NCBI GenBank assembly: GCA_023205875.1
Contig: CP060758.1
Location: 496,001-560,000 of the forward strand
Origin: Chloropicon primus
Lineage: Eukaryota
Length of the DNA stretch: 64,000 bases
Reading direction: 5' to 3'
Part shown: positions 42,959 to 57,300 of the stretch, one piece after another
Numbering within the stretch: position 1 is the stretch's first letter
How the letters are laid out: every line of letters starts with the position of its first letter
The notes under the pieces: model-generated
What the model saw: only the letters and a program-made list of their open reading frames with translations
Database searches by the model: none
What the model was told of the DNA's origin: nothing
Translations under genes and position numbers: made by a program

Positions 42959-43941
42959 CCCTCAACCCCCCCCAAAAAAAACTTTTCCCTCTTCCCCCCC
43001 CCGAACGACGACGACGACAATAATACGGTGCGGCCAAAAACGCAACGTACGCTTGACCCAAAGCTCCTCCCACTTGGCCGAGACTCTCCTCGTCCCTCAC
43101 ACGCTCCACTTCGATGATCGATCGATCGATCGCAGAGGGTTGACTCGACTGCCAATCCAATCCCAAAACAAAACAAAAAAAAAGAAAGAAAACCGCAGCC
43201 ACCGAAGCTAGCTAGCTCTCTCTCTCTCTCGTCTCTCGTTGGCACGTGAAGCGGCTTCTTCTTCCTCGGTCTCGACTGTTGTGGTCGACGCCTTTTGCTC
43301 GACAACGAGTCTTGTCTCTCTCTCTCTCTCTCTCTCTCCCGCCGTCTTCGTCTTCTTCGCTCTTAGGGTTTGCGCGCGCGCTTCGCTCTGGCAGGAGGGG
43401 AGGTCTTCGATCGAGGGGAGGGAGGAGCGCGACTTTGGGAGAGGGTGGAGGACGGCGGGAGGGAAGGAAGCGGAAGAGGAGGGGATCACGTGAAAGAGCG
43501 TCTCGCGGGCTTTCGTTTGGTGCCTTGGTCGAAGGAATCGAAGGAAGGAGGGACGGAGGGTTGGGTGAGATCAAGTTGGGAAACGCAAGGGGACGGAGGC
43601 CTCGGGTAGGAGGTGAGTTTCATGGCAGAACGCAGGGGAGGAGACCGTCGGATGGGGTTGGGATGGTTGGTCAACCCGTCTTCCTCTCTCGTTTGGGGGG
43701 AAACGGTGCGGAATGGGTCCTGACTTTTGATCCACCTTGTCTCTCTGTTGGTATAGATTGGGAGAGAGGCGATTAGCGGGAAGGTTCGCAGGCCAAGGGG
43801 GTCGAAGGGGTTTGGCGAACAAGAGTGCGCGCCTCTCTCATCCTTTCGAATGGCGCCTCGATCGATGGCCTTGGCGTGAGCTGAGCGTGCGAGGGTCGAG
43901 ACGGACGTGTCTCTTGAACCACCCACACGAAGACTTTGGGG

Positions 43942-44448
43942 ATGGACGGCGAGGGACTGTTCGAAGCGAGAGCGGCGCAGCCGCCTCCGCCGGGTTTCTA
44001 CAAACTGTACGACCAAGGCGTGGAACGGGGACCAGAGCCCCCCGCGCCGATCGAGGGAGAGTTCCAGCAGTACGGCACGACGTACTTTCTGGCGGGAGAG
44101 AGCGGGGACGGGGGGGCGCTCGCAAATGATGGCTCGAGCAGCGGTAGTGGACCAGGAGCGGTGGCCAAGCTGAGGGCCCTGAACAGGGAGACCCTCTTCG
44201 CGTTCATCGAAGTCGTCGACGCCATGGGGAACCGACCATCCGAAAGCCAGAAGGCGCAAGAAATCCTTCGCGAGTGCTTGGTGAAGATGGCGACCATGCT
44301 GTCGGCCCTGAGGTCGAAGCAGGCTCTGTTTGAGATCAAGAAAGAGTACATCAAACAGAATGGGGCGGGAGAGAAGACCCAAGAGTTTTTCAGGGAACTG
44401 GCTTCCGGCCTTGAACCTCTCGCCAAGGAGGACTCCCCTCGACGATGA
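43942..44448 (+). CDS. MED7: Mediator of RNA polymerase II subunit 7
   Basis: PPPP.FYKLY...P.PP.PI.G.FQQYG, LRALNRE.LF.F and M..MLSALR.KQA are MED7-like. Confidence 0.75.
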   Translation: MDGEGLFEARAAQPPPPGFYKLYDQGVERGPEPPAPIEGEFQQYGTTYFLAGESGDGGALANDGSSSGSGPGAVAKLRALNRETLFAFIEVVDAMGNRPSESQKAQEILRECLVKMATMLSALRSKQALFEIKKEYIKQNGAGEKTQEFFRELASGLEPLAKEDSPRR

Positions 44449-45287
44449 AGTGGCAGACGGCCGGCACGTCGTCGTCGACGCGAGCAGCTGACTAGCACAA
44501 CATGACTCATCCCCTGTAAAATCAATCGCCAACTATGTTTCCCAAGTATATGTTGTGCGTGTAAATCAAGATCTTGTACTTTTTTGCTAGCGTCAAGCTC
44601 TCCTTCGCCCCCCTCTGCCCCTGGACACACACACACACACCTGGTCTGAACCTCCTCAGCCCTCCGGGAGGAGGAGACAAAGCACGCACAGCAGTAGACA
44701 CCCGCCCAGACAGACAGAGAGAGAGAGAGAGAAGGGGAGAGAGAGAGAAGGGGAGAGAGAGAGGGGGGGGCGGGGAAGGCCGCTCCCTGCATGAAAGAGA
44801 GAGGACCCTCCTGGTGGATGGTCCCTCCTCCGTCCTTCCCCTTCCTAGGAAAAGTGAAGCCTTCCTTCGAATGGATTACGAATTCGTGCTCCGCGGCCCC
44901 AAGGCGCGGCCTTTGCCTTGGGCTCGTAATTCCTTAATCAGAGCCAAGACACGGTCTCCACCTCGGCCTCGCCCCCCCCCCGTCATGGAAAAACTAAAGC
45001 GCGAGGCCCGAGGCGAGGAGAGGAGTCAAGCCGAGAGCCCAGGAGCGGGAGAGAGAGAGACAAGGGATGGCGAGGATGATCGGACAGAGGAAGGACAGGG
45101 CGAGGAGTGGCCTTGCTGGCCTTGTGGTGTGGCCCTCGGTGAACCAAGGTTCCTTCACTTGATTGGCAGAAGGAGTCTTTGCGCGCACAGACAGACAGAG
45201 AGAAGAGCTCGAGTCCTAGCTCACACTCCTCAGACCAAGAAGGTGGGACAAGAGGGAAGGGAGGACCAAGAAGGTGTTGGTGTTCCC

Positions 45288-45289
45288 TC

Positions 45290-45328
<39 letters not shown>
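45288..45328. repeat. (GT)n(GA)n compound microsatellite immediately before the giant ORF ATG
   Basis: Seen directly. Similar tracts occur at about 18367-18400, 19541-19564 and 40365-40392. Confidence 0.85.
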
Positions 45329-45329
<1 letters not shown>

Positions 45330-48300
45330 TGACATACGTGGAGATGACAAGACGGAGGGGGGGAAGAGGCAGGAGCCTCGTGGGAAGGAGAGCGTCCAAT
45401 TGGCGCCAGGTCTTCCTTCTGGGACTGTTTGTAAGTGCCAGCCTCCTGGTAATGGCCCAGGACGTCCTGGAAGGGCCTGAAGAGATGGACACGGCTTCTC
45501 TGATCGTAGCAGATATAAGGAAGCCCGTTTATGTAGACGAGGACGGCAACTTCGTGGAGGCGGACAAGGAGAAGCACTCGGAAACCTTTATGCCTGCCTG
45601 CTCCCAGGTGTGTGCTAAGCTTCCAGGTGGTGCAACCTCGAGCTCGACTGCAGACTGCACAGAGGTGTGCAGTTACGGTAGGGTTTTCTTTTCGACTCCG
45701 GGAGGAAGTTCCTTCACGCCCAAAGGTGTGTTGCCTGGAACCTCAGAGGAGCAACCCAAGGGACTCTTCGATACGGCAAATTTTGGCCTCACCACTATCA
45801 ACTACCTTTCCTCCAAGTGGTACACATACATCCCGCCGCGAGGCCAGATGCCTGACGAGGACTGCGTGGCGCTCGGTAGGGAGCCCCCCTGCGGCTACAG
45901 GCCGGGGGACGTGAACCCTTACGGCCTCAGGATAGTGAGTCTGAAGGGAGGAGCGCAAGACATACAGACGGCCACGATGAGGCACCTTCCTCAGGCCATG
46001 GAGTACGACTTGCTGTCGCAGAGCATCCTCATCCTGACGGACAGGTTCCCGGCTACGAACTACCCGACGACCACGGGTGGGAAGCCTGTTCTGACCCTGC
46101 TGGCGATCAATGAAACGACGGGAGAGAGGCATGAGAACAACCTGTCAGACACGGAGGCCGGGCAATCGGTTCTCCAGTTCTGCAGCGCGATGAACGCAGG
46201 CTGCGAGTTCAAGCCACCGGTTTTCGCGTCGCTTCCTCATGATTACGACGCTCTGGCATACCAAGCGACCGCCTTTGACACCCTGAACCAGGTGTTCTAC
46301 TGCGTTCTGTACAACTCGGAAAGCCCGGAGACTTCGAAGACGCTGTTCGCGGTGAAGAGGCAGACGGACGCCGCGAGCTCTTTCACGAGGCCGGGCTCGG
46401 GGGAGTTCTCCGTTTCCATCGTGTTTGAACAGATGCAGTACTACAAGTGGCCCGAGAGACTTCAGGCGATATCCTCTCTCGAGCTGTCGCCCAAGCTCGT
46501 GGAAAGCGATGGTGCTGTGTCGTTTCAGCCGGTGGAAAAGGGTTCGGCGAGGGGTCTCTACGCCGTGGCCAGCGTGAAAGAGAGCGTTGGACCTTGCGCA
46601 CCAGTCTCTTTCGGGGGGAGGGGACTGCACTGCGGTGCCGCGCTTTCGGAGGAGGATGTCCTCGAGCACAACAAAGTCTACACGAGAACCTTTAGCAAGA
46701 CTCAGCTCGAGTGGAGCGCGGATAGGCCGCCAAGGTGCGAGTGCCCGAACGCTGTTGTTCAGCTCAACATCGCGGAGGAGCCTTCGTATGACCCGGAGAC
46801 TCAGCTGATGAAGCTTGGCAATTTCATCTTGGATCCCTCTGGAGAGGAATTCACGATCCTCTCTTACATCGATGAGAGGGCCAAGGAGCAGAGCGACACG
46901 CTCCCCACACCAAGCACGTACCCGAGCGAGCAGCTCATTCCAACGCTGTCCGCCATCCAGTCGCACAGGCCAGAGGACACGGGGTCCTTGTTCTTCTTCG
47001 ACAAGGAGACGGAGGGCTTCAACATTATCGAGAACGAGATGGCTCTGTTGTACGATCCCAGCGTTGTCGTGAACCAGTACGACGTGAAGGCGAAGTTTCC
47101 TTTGGACAACTTTCCCTTCTTCATGTTCAACGTCTTGCAGGACTCGAAAGCGGCCGAGGGCCCGCTTTCGGACATTTATCCCCTGGAAACCATCTCTTCC
47201 AGGAGTTACATGACGACGGTGCGAACGAGCCTCGAGCTCGGGGGGCTGGGAGGTCTCAGGACTGGCCAGTACGTCTGCGTGGAGCAGCCCATGACCTGTG
47301 AAACGTGCAAGAGCGATTACCGACTCGAGCTGGAAGAGATTCTTGGCGCAACGATCACGAGCGATGGAGACTTTTACCAGGCGTGGCAGAGCCTGTTCAG
47401 CAGCGGGGCGTACACCAAGGAGCTGTTCGCGCTCGACGAAAAGATCAGGCCGTCGGACCCTGACACGTACTCCTTCAGTTGCCCGGAGCCGTGCGACGAG
47501 TACACTTGCGACCAGTGCTTGAGGTTGTTCAACAGGCCCTGCGCTCTCTACATCCAGGCAGGAGTGCCCTTTTCGGCGGACATTTACGCTCTGAACGCGT
47601 TCGGAAGGCAGCAGAAGTACATCTCCGACGACAACTTCACGGTGACCATTACCGGCGCGGGATTTGACGCCGAGAACAACCCTGCGACGATGCCTGAGGG
47701 TGACATCAAGCTGGGACCGGTGTGGAGGGAGGAGGGCTCCGGGTACCCGGGGGGACCTTTGCCGGAGGGGCAGAGGCCCCTGGCGGGTTCCGAGCTCTTT
47801 AGCCCTGACAACCCCCTGGAGGCGGTGTGGGCGTACCCGAACTACCATGACTTCGGTTCCACGACGTCCTTGAAAGCGGGGGAGACTTATGACACGCTGT
47901 GCGACCCCGACGAGACTTTCGTGAATGGCAAGTGCTCCCGTTACATCGTGAGGCCCAGGAATGTCCAGCCCGGCGTGTACACCGTGGAATTCTCGTTGGA
48001 CAAAGCCGGGAACTACTCTATCGCCGCCACACTTAAGGGACTTCTGACGTACGAGGACGAGACGCAGACAACAGTGGACTTGGGCACGGACATCTTCAAC
48101 TCTCCGTACCTGCTCACCGTCCTTCCGGGAGACACTTATTCGTTGTACTCCTCCGCCGAGGGGGGTGGACTGGCGAGTGGGCAGGTGGGAGTGGTCGGAA
48201 GCTTCCTGTTGAAGGCGAGGGATCGATTTGGAAACAACCGGATACTGGGTGGAGACGTCGTGGACGTCTTTTTCAAGGGAGCAGATTACGTGCACGGGGC

Positions 48301-51300
48301 GGTAGAGCTTCTCCCGGAGGACAATACGTACCTCACCGAGCCTCTTGGCTTTGTCCCGTACGCGAATGTGACGGACACTGGAGATGGCAAATACCTTGTA
48401 CAATACTACCTCATCTCAAGAATCCGCGAGAAGCCGTTCTACAGCATTGACGTCCAGCTGCAGAAGGAGAGCATTCCCAGCAACGAGGAGGACCCCACCG
48501 CGCCTTTTGTCATCGAGATCCTCCAGGGAGAGACGAGCGCGGAGAAGAGCTTTGGCCTCCAGTCCTCCCAATCCGAAACGGGTCTGGAATACGTGATCGC
48601 TGGAAAGCCCTCGGTGTTCACCGTCCAAGCAGCGGACAGATTCGCGAACCTGCAGGCTCTTGGAGGGGACCCCTTCCAGGTCACGGTCACTGACGTCAGC
48701 CTGAGATCCCTCACCGCTGGAGTGGGAGGTGTCGTCTCGGAGGGGGGCGACGCCGAGTCGATCGGAGCCAGGAGACTGCAGCAACTCGACGACACGTTCG
48801 TGTTCTCTGATCCCACGGTTGAGATCGACTTTGACTCCAGCGAAGGAGACCTTGGACGATACAAGGTGGAGTACTCCATCTTTGAAGTCGGAGTCGCCAC
48901 CGTCGAAGTCAGTCTGTATGGAGACAACATCGGTCCGGGTGTTCCAGGGACGGCGGGAGAGTTCGGGTCTCCGTTTACCCTCTTCGTGTCTGCTGCCGAG
49001 ACGTTTCCTGGGAATTGCATCCTTTCTGGACCTGGACTTGAGGGGATCGCTGCTGGTGACAAGGGCGAGAGTGGGCTCGGCCAGTACGTCGAGCTGCAGC
49101 TTCGGGATGAGTTCGGCAACCAAAAGAGCGGGGCTGTCGAGGACGCTTACTTGAGAGGCAACGGGGCAAACTATCCCCAGCTCACCTTCAGGTATCTGCT
49201 GGACTGCAAGGATGAAGTCGTGGACGCCAAGGGGGAAGAAATCTGCGAGGGAAACCTACCGAACAGGGACCTCGAGGGTGTCACTTTCATCGAGAAGCCG
49301 TACATCGAAAGCGGCCCTATTCTGTACGACCTCAGGACGGATACCGTCTCGGTGGACGTGCTCACTCAGCCTATTTCTGATGGCCGCTTCCGCAGCTTTT
49401 TCACGAGTACGCTGGCCGGTGTTTTCGAGATGGAAGTCCTGCTGAGGCCGGTCAACCTGGCCGGCTCGGCTTTCACTGGAAACTTTGAGCCCATCATGGG
49501 GGAGGATGGGGGCCTTGGGACCGCGAGTCTCAACCCTTACGCGAGCCCGTTCACGGTCGTCGTGACTCCGTCCGAGCCATCCATCGAGTACAGCGAGATC
49601 TTCTACTACGATGTGCCCCTGGACAAGGTCGGGAGGGAGTGCACCGCCCCCGATCCTCAGTACGACTGCAGAAGTGCCTACGACATCATGTACTCCACAT
49701 TGCAGGGCAAAACGCACGAGATGATTGCCAGCGAGTCGGGTCTTCCTGCCCTCCCCACCGATTTCATCAAGGGGACTGCTGGTCTCGTGAGTTACTTTGG
49801 CTTCCAGCTGCGTGACAAGTATGGAAACATGGTAAAGGAGGTCGAGGACACGAGCGAGCTCCAAGTCCAAATCACCGGTTTTGACGCGATCTTGGGACAA
49901 GAGTTCGAGGTCCAAGTGAACTCGGATTACCAGGGGGACGGAAGGTGGCGCATGAGCTACCTCGCGAGCCAGACTGGGCAGTATACCCTGAAGCTGATGA
50001 ACGCGACGACGAGCGCGGAGCTTCTGAAGCTCGAGGTAAACGACGATGGGGCTTGGGAGCCCACCACCGAGCCCTTCAGCCTGTCGGTGACTCCAGCGGA
50101 CACTGATCCCACGTTCTGCACGGCCACGGGAGGGGGCCTTCGAGGGGGCCGTACGGGCGACAAGCCAGACACGCTCTCGATTACTGTGATCGCAAGGGAT
50201 CAGCTCGGAAACAAGAAGTCCACAGATGTTGGAGAGGTCGCGATTGAGGAGGCCTCGAGGTTCAAGTTGTACGTGACCCTTTGCGGGGCGGCAAGCACGC
50301 AGGCTTGCGACAGCCGAACCCGCGAAGGTTTCCCAGGCGGGTCTCTTGCTGACATCTCGGAGTTCGCCACCACGGACATTCCGGGAGAGTACAGGGTGCA
50401 GTACACCCCGACGATCAGTCCCGATCTCATCCCTGCCGAGGGAGGCTACTTTCTGTTGGAGATCGAGTACAACGGCATCAGCATCGGGGGAGACACGGAC
50501 GTGCTCTCGAATGATGACACGACGTTCTTGAAGCTTGTGCCTCAAGCCACGACCGTTCCCGAGCGCGTCTTTGCCCTTGTCCAAAAGGAGTACCTTGGGG
50601 CGGACCCCACGCGGAGCATTCTCTCCACGTTGAATGGCATGGACTACACCGCGGGCCTGGGACAAGGGGTGGTGGGGCAAGCGTTCTCCCTCCAGGTTCA
50701 GGCGCGTACGAAGGAGAACTTTGACCTCGTGGAAGGAGGCATGATCAAGAGGCTCGTTGTGGAGCTGTACGACAAGAACGACAAGCTGGTGGTTCAGGCG
50801 TCCAACACGTGGCCCGAGTCCCAGCCTGCGGACACCCCTGAGCTCGTCATCGACCAGGCGGACGGGACCTTCCTTGTGGAAATCCCTGCGATTCCGGAGA
50901 CCGCGGCGCCAGCGGACGTGGAGGCCGGCGCTTACGACAACCGGGTGACCGTGGCGGACACCTACTACTTGGAGATAAGGGGCGCCAAGGCAGGGTTCGT
51001 GGACATCGTGGAAGAGCATCTCTTGGGATTCTCGAACAAGACTGCGAACCCTATCGTCTTCAGGCCCGGCAGCACGAAGCTGGAGAGCGTTGACATTTTC
51101 AACCCGAGCACCATGACTCGGGTCGTGGGAGACCTGGAGGCGCCGTTCGAGATCGAGGCGGGCCAGCTGATCAAGTTCTTCCTGCAATCGAGGGATCGAT
51201 TCGGGAACAACGTCCGTTGGAGCGCGTACATTGGTGGCGACAACTTTCTCGGGCAGATGATCAGACCGTCCGGTGGAGCAAACGCCGACGTTCCTGCCTT

Positions 51301-54300
51301 TGTGCACGACAACCAGAACGGAACCTACCTGGTAGAATTCACCCAAGTCATCAGAGGAGCGTACAAGATTTACCTCAGACTTGACAGCGTCGCCCTTCCG
51401 GGGTCGGACGGCCTCTTCCCGTTCCCTTCCCCGACGTTGGCGCCAGATCAACTGGACAACCTGCAGCTCGCTTATCATTTGCCGATGACGGTGCTTCCGG
51501 CACCCAGGCACGTTCCGAGCTGCACGGCGACCACGGGCTCGGGAATTCCGCTGGACGGCTTGGAATTGAAGGTCTCGGAAGAGGCTGAGATCAGGATTAT
51601 CGAAAGGGACCGGTTCGGGAACCTGAGGGACTTTGTGTCGTTGGACTTGCAGGGGTCCCCGATCTCCTTCGCCTTGAATTTCACGTACAGCACCAAGGGA
51701 AATGCCAGGCAGCTGGCCCAAAAGAACTTCATCGTCAACGAGGGTGAATACGAGCTGGCTGCGAAAGATGCGTTCCACTCCATTCCGTACGTTGCGGGTG
51801 GTTCCAACTTCTTGTCCGGAGAGTACCTGGTGTACGTCTTCAGCCGTTACGATGAGACGGGAATCACGCATAGCGTCGTGTCGATCGCGGGTTCCCCAAG
51901 CATGATCACCGTGCTTCCCGGAGCTTTGTCGCTGGAGACGACCATTGCCTATGGCCCGGGCATCGTTTATGACAACTTGAACCCCGGAACAACGAGGGCG
52001 GGCGTTCCGGCGACCATCTCCCTGCAGACCAGGGACATTTACGGCAACGACCTGCTCAGCGGAGGTGAGGAGTTCCTCATCATCGTCAAGCCCCTTGGCA
52101 CGGGTATTTTCAGCGAGTCAAAGTTCGAGTCGAGTGCGACAGGGTTCTACCAGGGCGAGTACACCAGTAAGAGTTCCGGCAATATGCTTATCCAGATCAC
52201 CAGTCAGTCCCAGCTGCTTCCCACGACGCAGTTCCTCTACGAGGACCCCGTGACGAGGATTCTGGAGCCGCGGGTGGGTTCTCCTGGAGCCTACCAGGAC
52301 GGATTGGAGCGCGGCACGGTCGTCGACTCCATGGAAGATCCGGTGAGCGGAGAAATCATCGGGACTGACCCGGGCGTCATCGTCAACATTTTGCCGGGAC
52401 CTCTGAGTCCCAGCAAGTCCTATGCCCAGGACGGCGAAACGTCGGAGGAGTCTGTCATTCTGGGCGGCGACAAGTACGGCAAGATCAATATCGACGGCTC
52501 CATCTTGGAGATGGAGGTCGTTCCAGTAGATATTTTCGGTCAGAAGAAGACTGACAACGACGATGACCAGCGCCTGGAGGCGCGCATCGTGTATGTCATG
52601 AACATCAACAACGAGACGACTGGAATTTTCCCTTACTCGGACGAGACGTTTGCGGACAGGTGGGAGCTGGACGAGGACGGGCGTTGGATCTCCAAAATCG
52701 CTCTAGTCAGGAAAGAGGGGCTCGTGCAGTTTGTCCCCAGCAACCAGGACGGCGAGGGGATGGTGCCCATCCTCGTGGCGGGATACTACCAGTTTGAGGT
52801 TGACGTCGTTAAGTTTGACGTCGCGGACCCAAGCCTGGTGCTTGAGAGGACCCCCATCGGGTTGGAGGGAGTCGCCCCCGTCAGTCCCTACAAGTTCTTT
52901 GCCAACCCTGGGCAGTCGAGCGGCTCTGAGACGTCTTTGAGTTTCGGCGAGGAGGAGGATGCCACTTCGTCGAGGAGGAGGAGGTTGCTGCAAAGCTCCT
53001 CCTACCCCGCAACAAGCGCCTTCTTGGAATCTGCTGGCGTGGACCCTGCCGAGGCTGAGACCTACAAGCCAGACACCTCGTACGACTTTAGCGTTCTCGC
53101 GGGAACGGAAAGGTCGCTCTCCGTTGGCCTCTCCGATGCCTTTGGTAACGCGCAGCTCTTTGATGAGCTGAGGAGGTTGGACTCCCTGGTCGTTCGGCTG
53201 GGAGAAACGTTTATGAACGGCTCGAGCCCCTGCTTTTGGGTGGAGCCGCAGTTCGAGGCTGGGCAGCATGACATCGACAACGTGGAATCAAACCACGGGT
53301 GCACGCTTTTGCACAGGGGCTGGTACCAGGGCCCGGGATCGGACGTTACGACGAGTCCCACTCCCGTGGGACCGGATTACTCTCCTGTGGGCACAAACGG
53401 CAAATTCCTCGGGCTGCAGATGTCGGCCGTGAACAACGTCGACACTGGCTCTTTTACGATCAGATTCACGCCAGACGTCCAGCTCCCCGCCATCGCGTAC
53501 GGGGCGTACCAGATGGACATCATCCTGAATGGGCAGCACATCGGAGCGTCTCCTTACAGGTTCAGGGTTCTGCCTGGGCCCATCTTCGGACCCAGATGCG
53601 AGCTGTTTGGCCTCAAGCCAAGTTACGAGGTCAACAAGACCATTGAGGTCGGCATCATAGCAAGGGATGCGTTCGGGAACAATCAGACGTCCTCGGGCAA
53701 AGAAGACTTCTTTGTCGTCGAGGCCTCCGTGACGAAGAAGAACGTGTTCGGGGTGCCGGTTCTTGTGAGAGGGTGCACCCAGAACACGGGCGCCGCGTCG
53801 TCGTCCTGCTCCTTTTCCATAGCAGTTTCGGGCGTGGAGAACATGGGCTTGTACGTGATTTCCATGCTCACCACGACTGCGTCCGAGTACTCTCTCGACG
53901 GAGCGGAGGATCACATGTTGGAGGTCAAGTTTTGCCCGAACCCAAGCCTGTGCTCGGATACTCTCAATGTGTACAACCCTGCTGGTGTGCATGCCACCGG
54001 TGTGTACGAGCCGTACGGGCTTCGGATAGAACCTGGACCGACGGATGCGGCCTCCACGATTGCCTACGGGACCGCCCTGATCGAGGGCGGAGTTTTGGGC
54101 CAAAGCGCGAACTTCACCATCGAGGCAAGGGACATCTTTGGCAACAGGAGGTTCAAGGGAGGCGATAACTTCCAGATACTGATTTATCAGCCGCCGCCCC
54201 AAGGCCAGCTTGATGTGGACAGCCTCCAAGACCTGGACAACGGAAGGTACCGCGTTTCCTTCTCGCCAGGAGTCGCGGGGAGCTACTCCATCGTGATCTT

Positions 54301-57300
54301 GTTCGGAATCAACAGCGTCGCAAACAGCCCTTACAGGCCCATCTTTGTGTCCAACGAGAACCTTGTCAAGGTCTCGCAGACAAGGGTCGTGAACCAGTAC
54401 GGCTCGCTGCTCGTGATTTTGCCCCCCGCCGTCGCTGCCGAGGACTACGAGCTGGACATCCAAGCCTACTCGAGGGACAGTCACTATTCCTTTAGCTACC
54501 CCAAAACCAGCGGCGGCGAAGTCTTCGCGGCCACTTTGACCCCGCCCTCAAGCAACGGGATTCCGTCCGTGAAGTCGAACGTTACCGTGCTGCCTGATGA
54601 GGAGAGGCCGGGGAGGTACACCGCCAGAATTTCTGGCGCCATGATACAAAAGTCCGGAACGTACGGCCTCGCTGTGAAAGCTTGCACCAACGGAGGAAAC
54701 GCCACGAGCGTGAGTAGTGCCATGCCGAGCGTGGAGGACTTGCAGATGGTCGGAAACACCGGCAACAACACGTCTGTCTGCGGACAAGGCCACGTGCTGA
54801 AGCACATCCTTCACTCGCCTTTCATGGTCTTTGTTCACTCTGGTGTGCCCGACCCTGCCAATAGCTTTGCAGTGGAATTCGCGAACCCTGACGCGCTCAT
54901 TAACCACGGGTATGGTTGGACGGTGGGCGAGGTCCTGTCGTTCACAGTCCAGATCAGGGATCGATTCAAGAACAACTACGACATCAACCCTGCTTCTGGC
55001 AACGTGCTGTCTCTGGTGGCGCTTAAAATTTCCATCTCTAGGCTGTACGACGAGGATGCTGCGGAGTTCCCCGAAGTCTTCGTGGAGGACACCAACCAGC
55101 TCGGAAACGACGAGTTCTACGTGCAGTACACCGGGTCGAGCGGCCGCTTCATTGTGTTCCTCAAGACAGAGAGTGCTGGAGACTACCACTTTGATGTCGC
55201 ACTGAGGGGCACGAGAATCAAGAATGGCTTGGTGGACATACCCATCAAGCCGGCTGCGTTTGACATCACGAACAGCTACATCGAATCTCCGGTGAGGACC
55301 ATTTCCGTTGGCCAGTCGTATGCTTTCTTCATCAGGGCGAGAGACGTCTACGGGAATCCCCTGATTAGCGGCGGGGACAACTTCTTGATCGACTTGACGT
55401 CCTCGAACCCGATCTTGGATCCAGGCATCGGAGAAAATCCTCTGAACGCCATTGGTGAGGCGCAGCTGCCACAGGCCGGGATACCATCCTTGAGCAAAGA
55501 AGGCAAGTACACCTACAGTGATGACTTCGTCGTGGGAGCAAAAGTGTCCATTGCGGACTTGAATGATGGCTCGTACAGGGTGCTGATCAGAAGCGACAGA
55601 GCGGGCACCGTGCTGCTCACGATTAGCATGTATGGGGAGTCCGAAGGCCTTCCTGGCATCTGCGGTACGGCGGACGCCAAAGCCCTCTGCGACGCAAATG
55701 CGCTCGTCACGAGTCCTGCCTTTGGCATCATCAGCGTGGACGTGCCGGCGGGCAATCCATCGGCAGCAGAGTCCTTCGCCGAGAACTCGTTTGGCGCTTT
55801 GCAGCAGGCGAACGCCGGGGAGCTGACGAGATTCAGGCTGAACGCGAGAGACAAATTCAGAAATGACCAGACGCTGCCGGGCTTCAACTTTGAAGTTCGC
55901 TTGAAGTCGTCGGACGGTATGTCCGACGTCATAGGAAACGTGTACTACAGCACCACAGCGAGCCCCCTTGGCCCCGCCGGTATCTACATTGGCCAGTACA
56001 CCCCCATCCTTGCCGGAAACTACGACCTTAGCATAAGGAGGGCAGGGAAGGAGCTGAAGGGCAGGATTGCTGGCACCATCCGCCGTGGTCCTTTCTCTCC
56101 GTTTACTGTTCTGCCTGGGTCGACGGCAGGAAGCACAACAATTGCTGTTCACGAATATCTCGAGAACAACTCCACCTTCCTCGGATTTAGCAACCAAAAT
56201 TTTGTCGCCATGGCAGGTGCCACGACCACGTTCTCCATTGTCACCAAGGACAGGTATGCGAACCCGAAAACTGTGGGCGGCGAGGAATTCGTGATTAACG
56301 TGGGCCCCCTGGCCCAGGGACTGTCGCTTGATCTTGGCAATGGCACGTACTCTGCGAGCTACAGAATGACGAGTTCTGGGGATTACAAGTTGGCTATACT
56401 CGTGAACAACCAACTCGTGCAGAACCCGCCCGCGTTCTTCGATGCCTCGGAGGGAGGATTCAAGCTCGTGGTGATGGCGTCGAGCACGCTAGCTTCCAGG
56501 AGTGAAATCGTTGGGGTGGGGTTGACGACCGCGACCGCTGGCTCGACCTCGGCCTTCTCCATCCAAACGTACGATGAATTCGGAAACAAAAAGGATTATG
56601 GCGGAGACACAATGATTGCAGAGCTGTACAGCAGCGACACGGATGTGGTATACCCCATCAACGTCACGGACAACAGGGACGGGACGTACGATTTCGGGTA
56701 CAGGCTCGACCACGCGGGTATCTTCTCCCTGTCGATTGCCTTGGAGTCACAGGAAGGGACGAGAGAGGTGTTTTACAGCTCCCTGTCGCTTCCTGAGGAC
56801 AACCCCCCTCCGGTGGTTCAGATCGAGCCAGGCACGCTCTCCTTGGCGGAAACCACAGTGAAGGTAGACGAATCGCTTACCTACGTCTTCGATGTGCAGA
56901 CCTTTGAGATCTTGCCGAGAGATGACTTTGGAAACTTGATCACAAAGGTTGGGACAAGCGATTTTTCTGTCGTCGTCTCGACCGGTCTTGCGCCCAATGG
57001 AAACCTGTTCCAATTCATCAGAACGGAATCCAACCCAAGCATATCTGAAATCGAGGGTGGTTTCCAGAGTTCGGTTGATGTGAATACCCCAGGGTCCTAC
57101 GTCGTGAACGTGAAGTATGGATCAACCTTGCTGGGCAGGCCCTACGTGTTTCAAGTCATTCCGGCCCAGGTCGGAATATCTTCCGCCCCGGAGGGTCACC
57201 ACCACGCGTGTTTGACCACCGTTTGCACGGTGTTGGATCTCTTGCAGTACGAGGGGGAGATTTTCAACCCTCTCTTGCAGGGCGCAAGCGACAGGGAAGG

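Noticed and set aside
41210..43117. 635-aa + strand ORF, and similar ORFs at 10006-11472, 11935-13494 and 27666-29141
   Set aside because: They lie antisense to well-supported genes and have Arg/Pro/Leu-rich shadow composition.
44574..45332. 252-aa ORF ending at the giant gene start
   Set aside because: It is built largely from (CA), (GA) and (GT) microsatellites and is in a different frame. It is likely promoter or 5'UTR.
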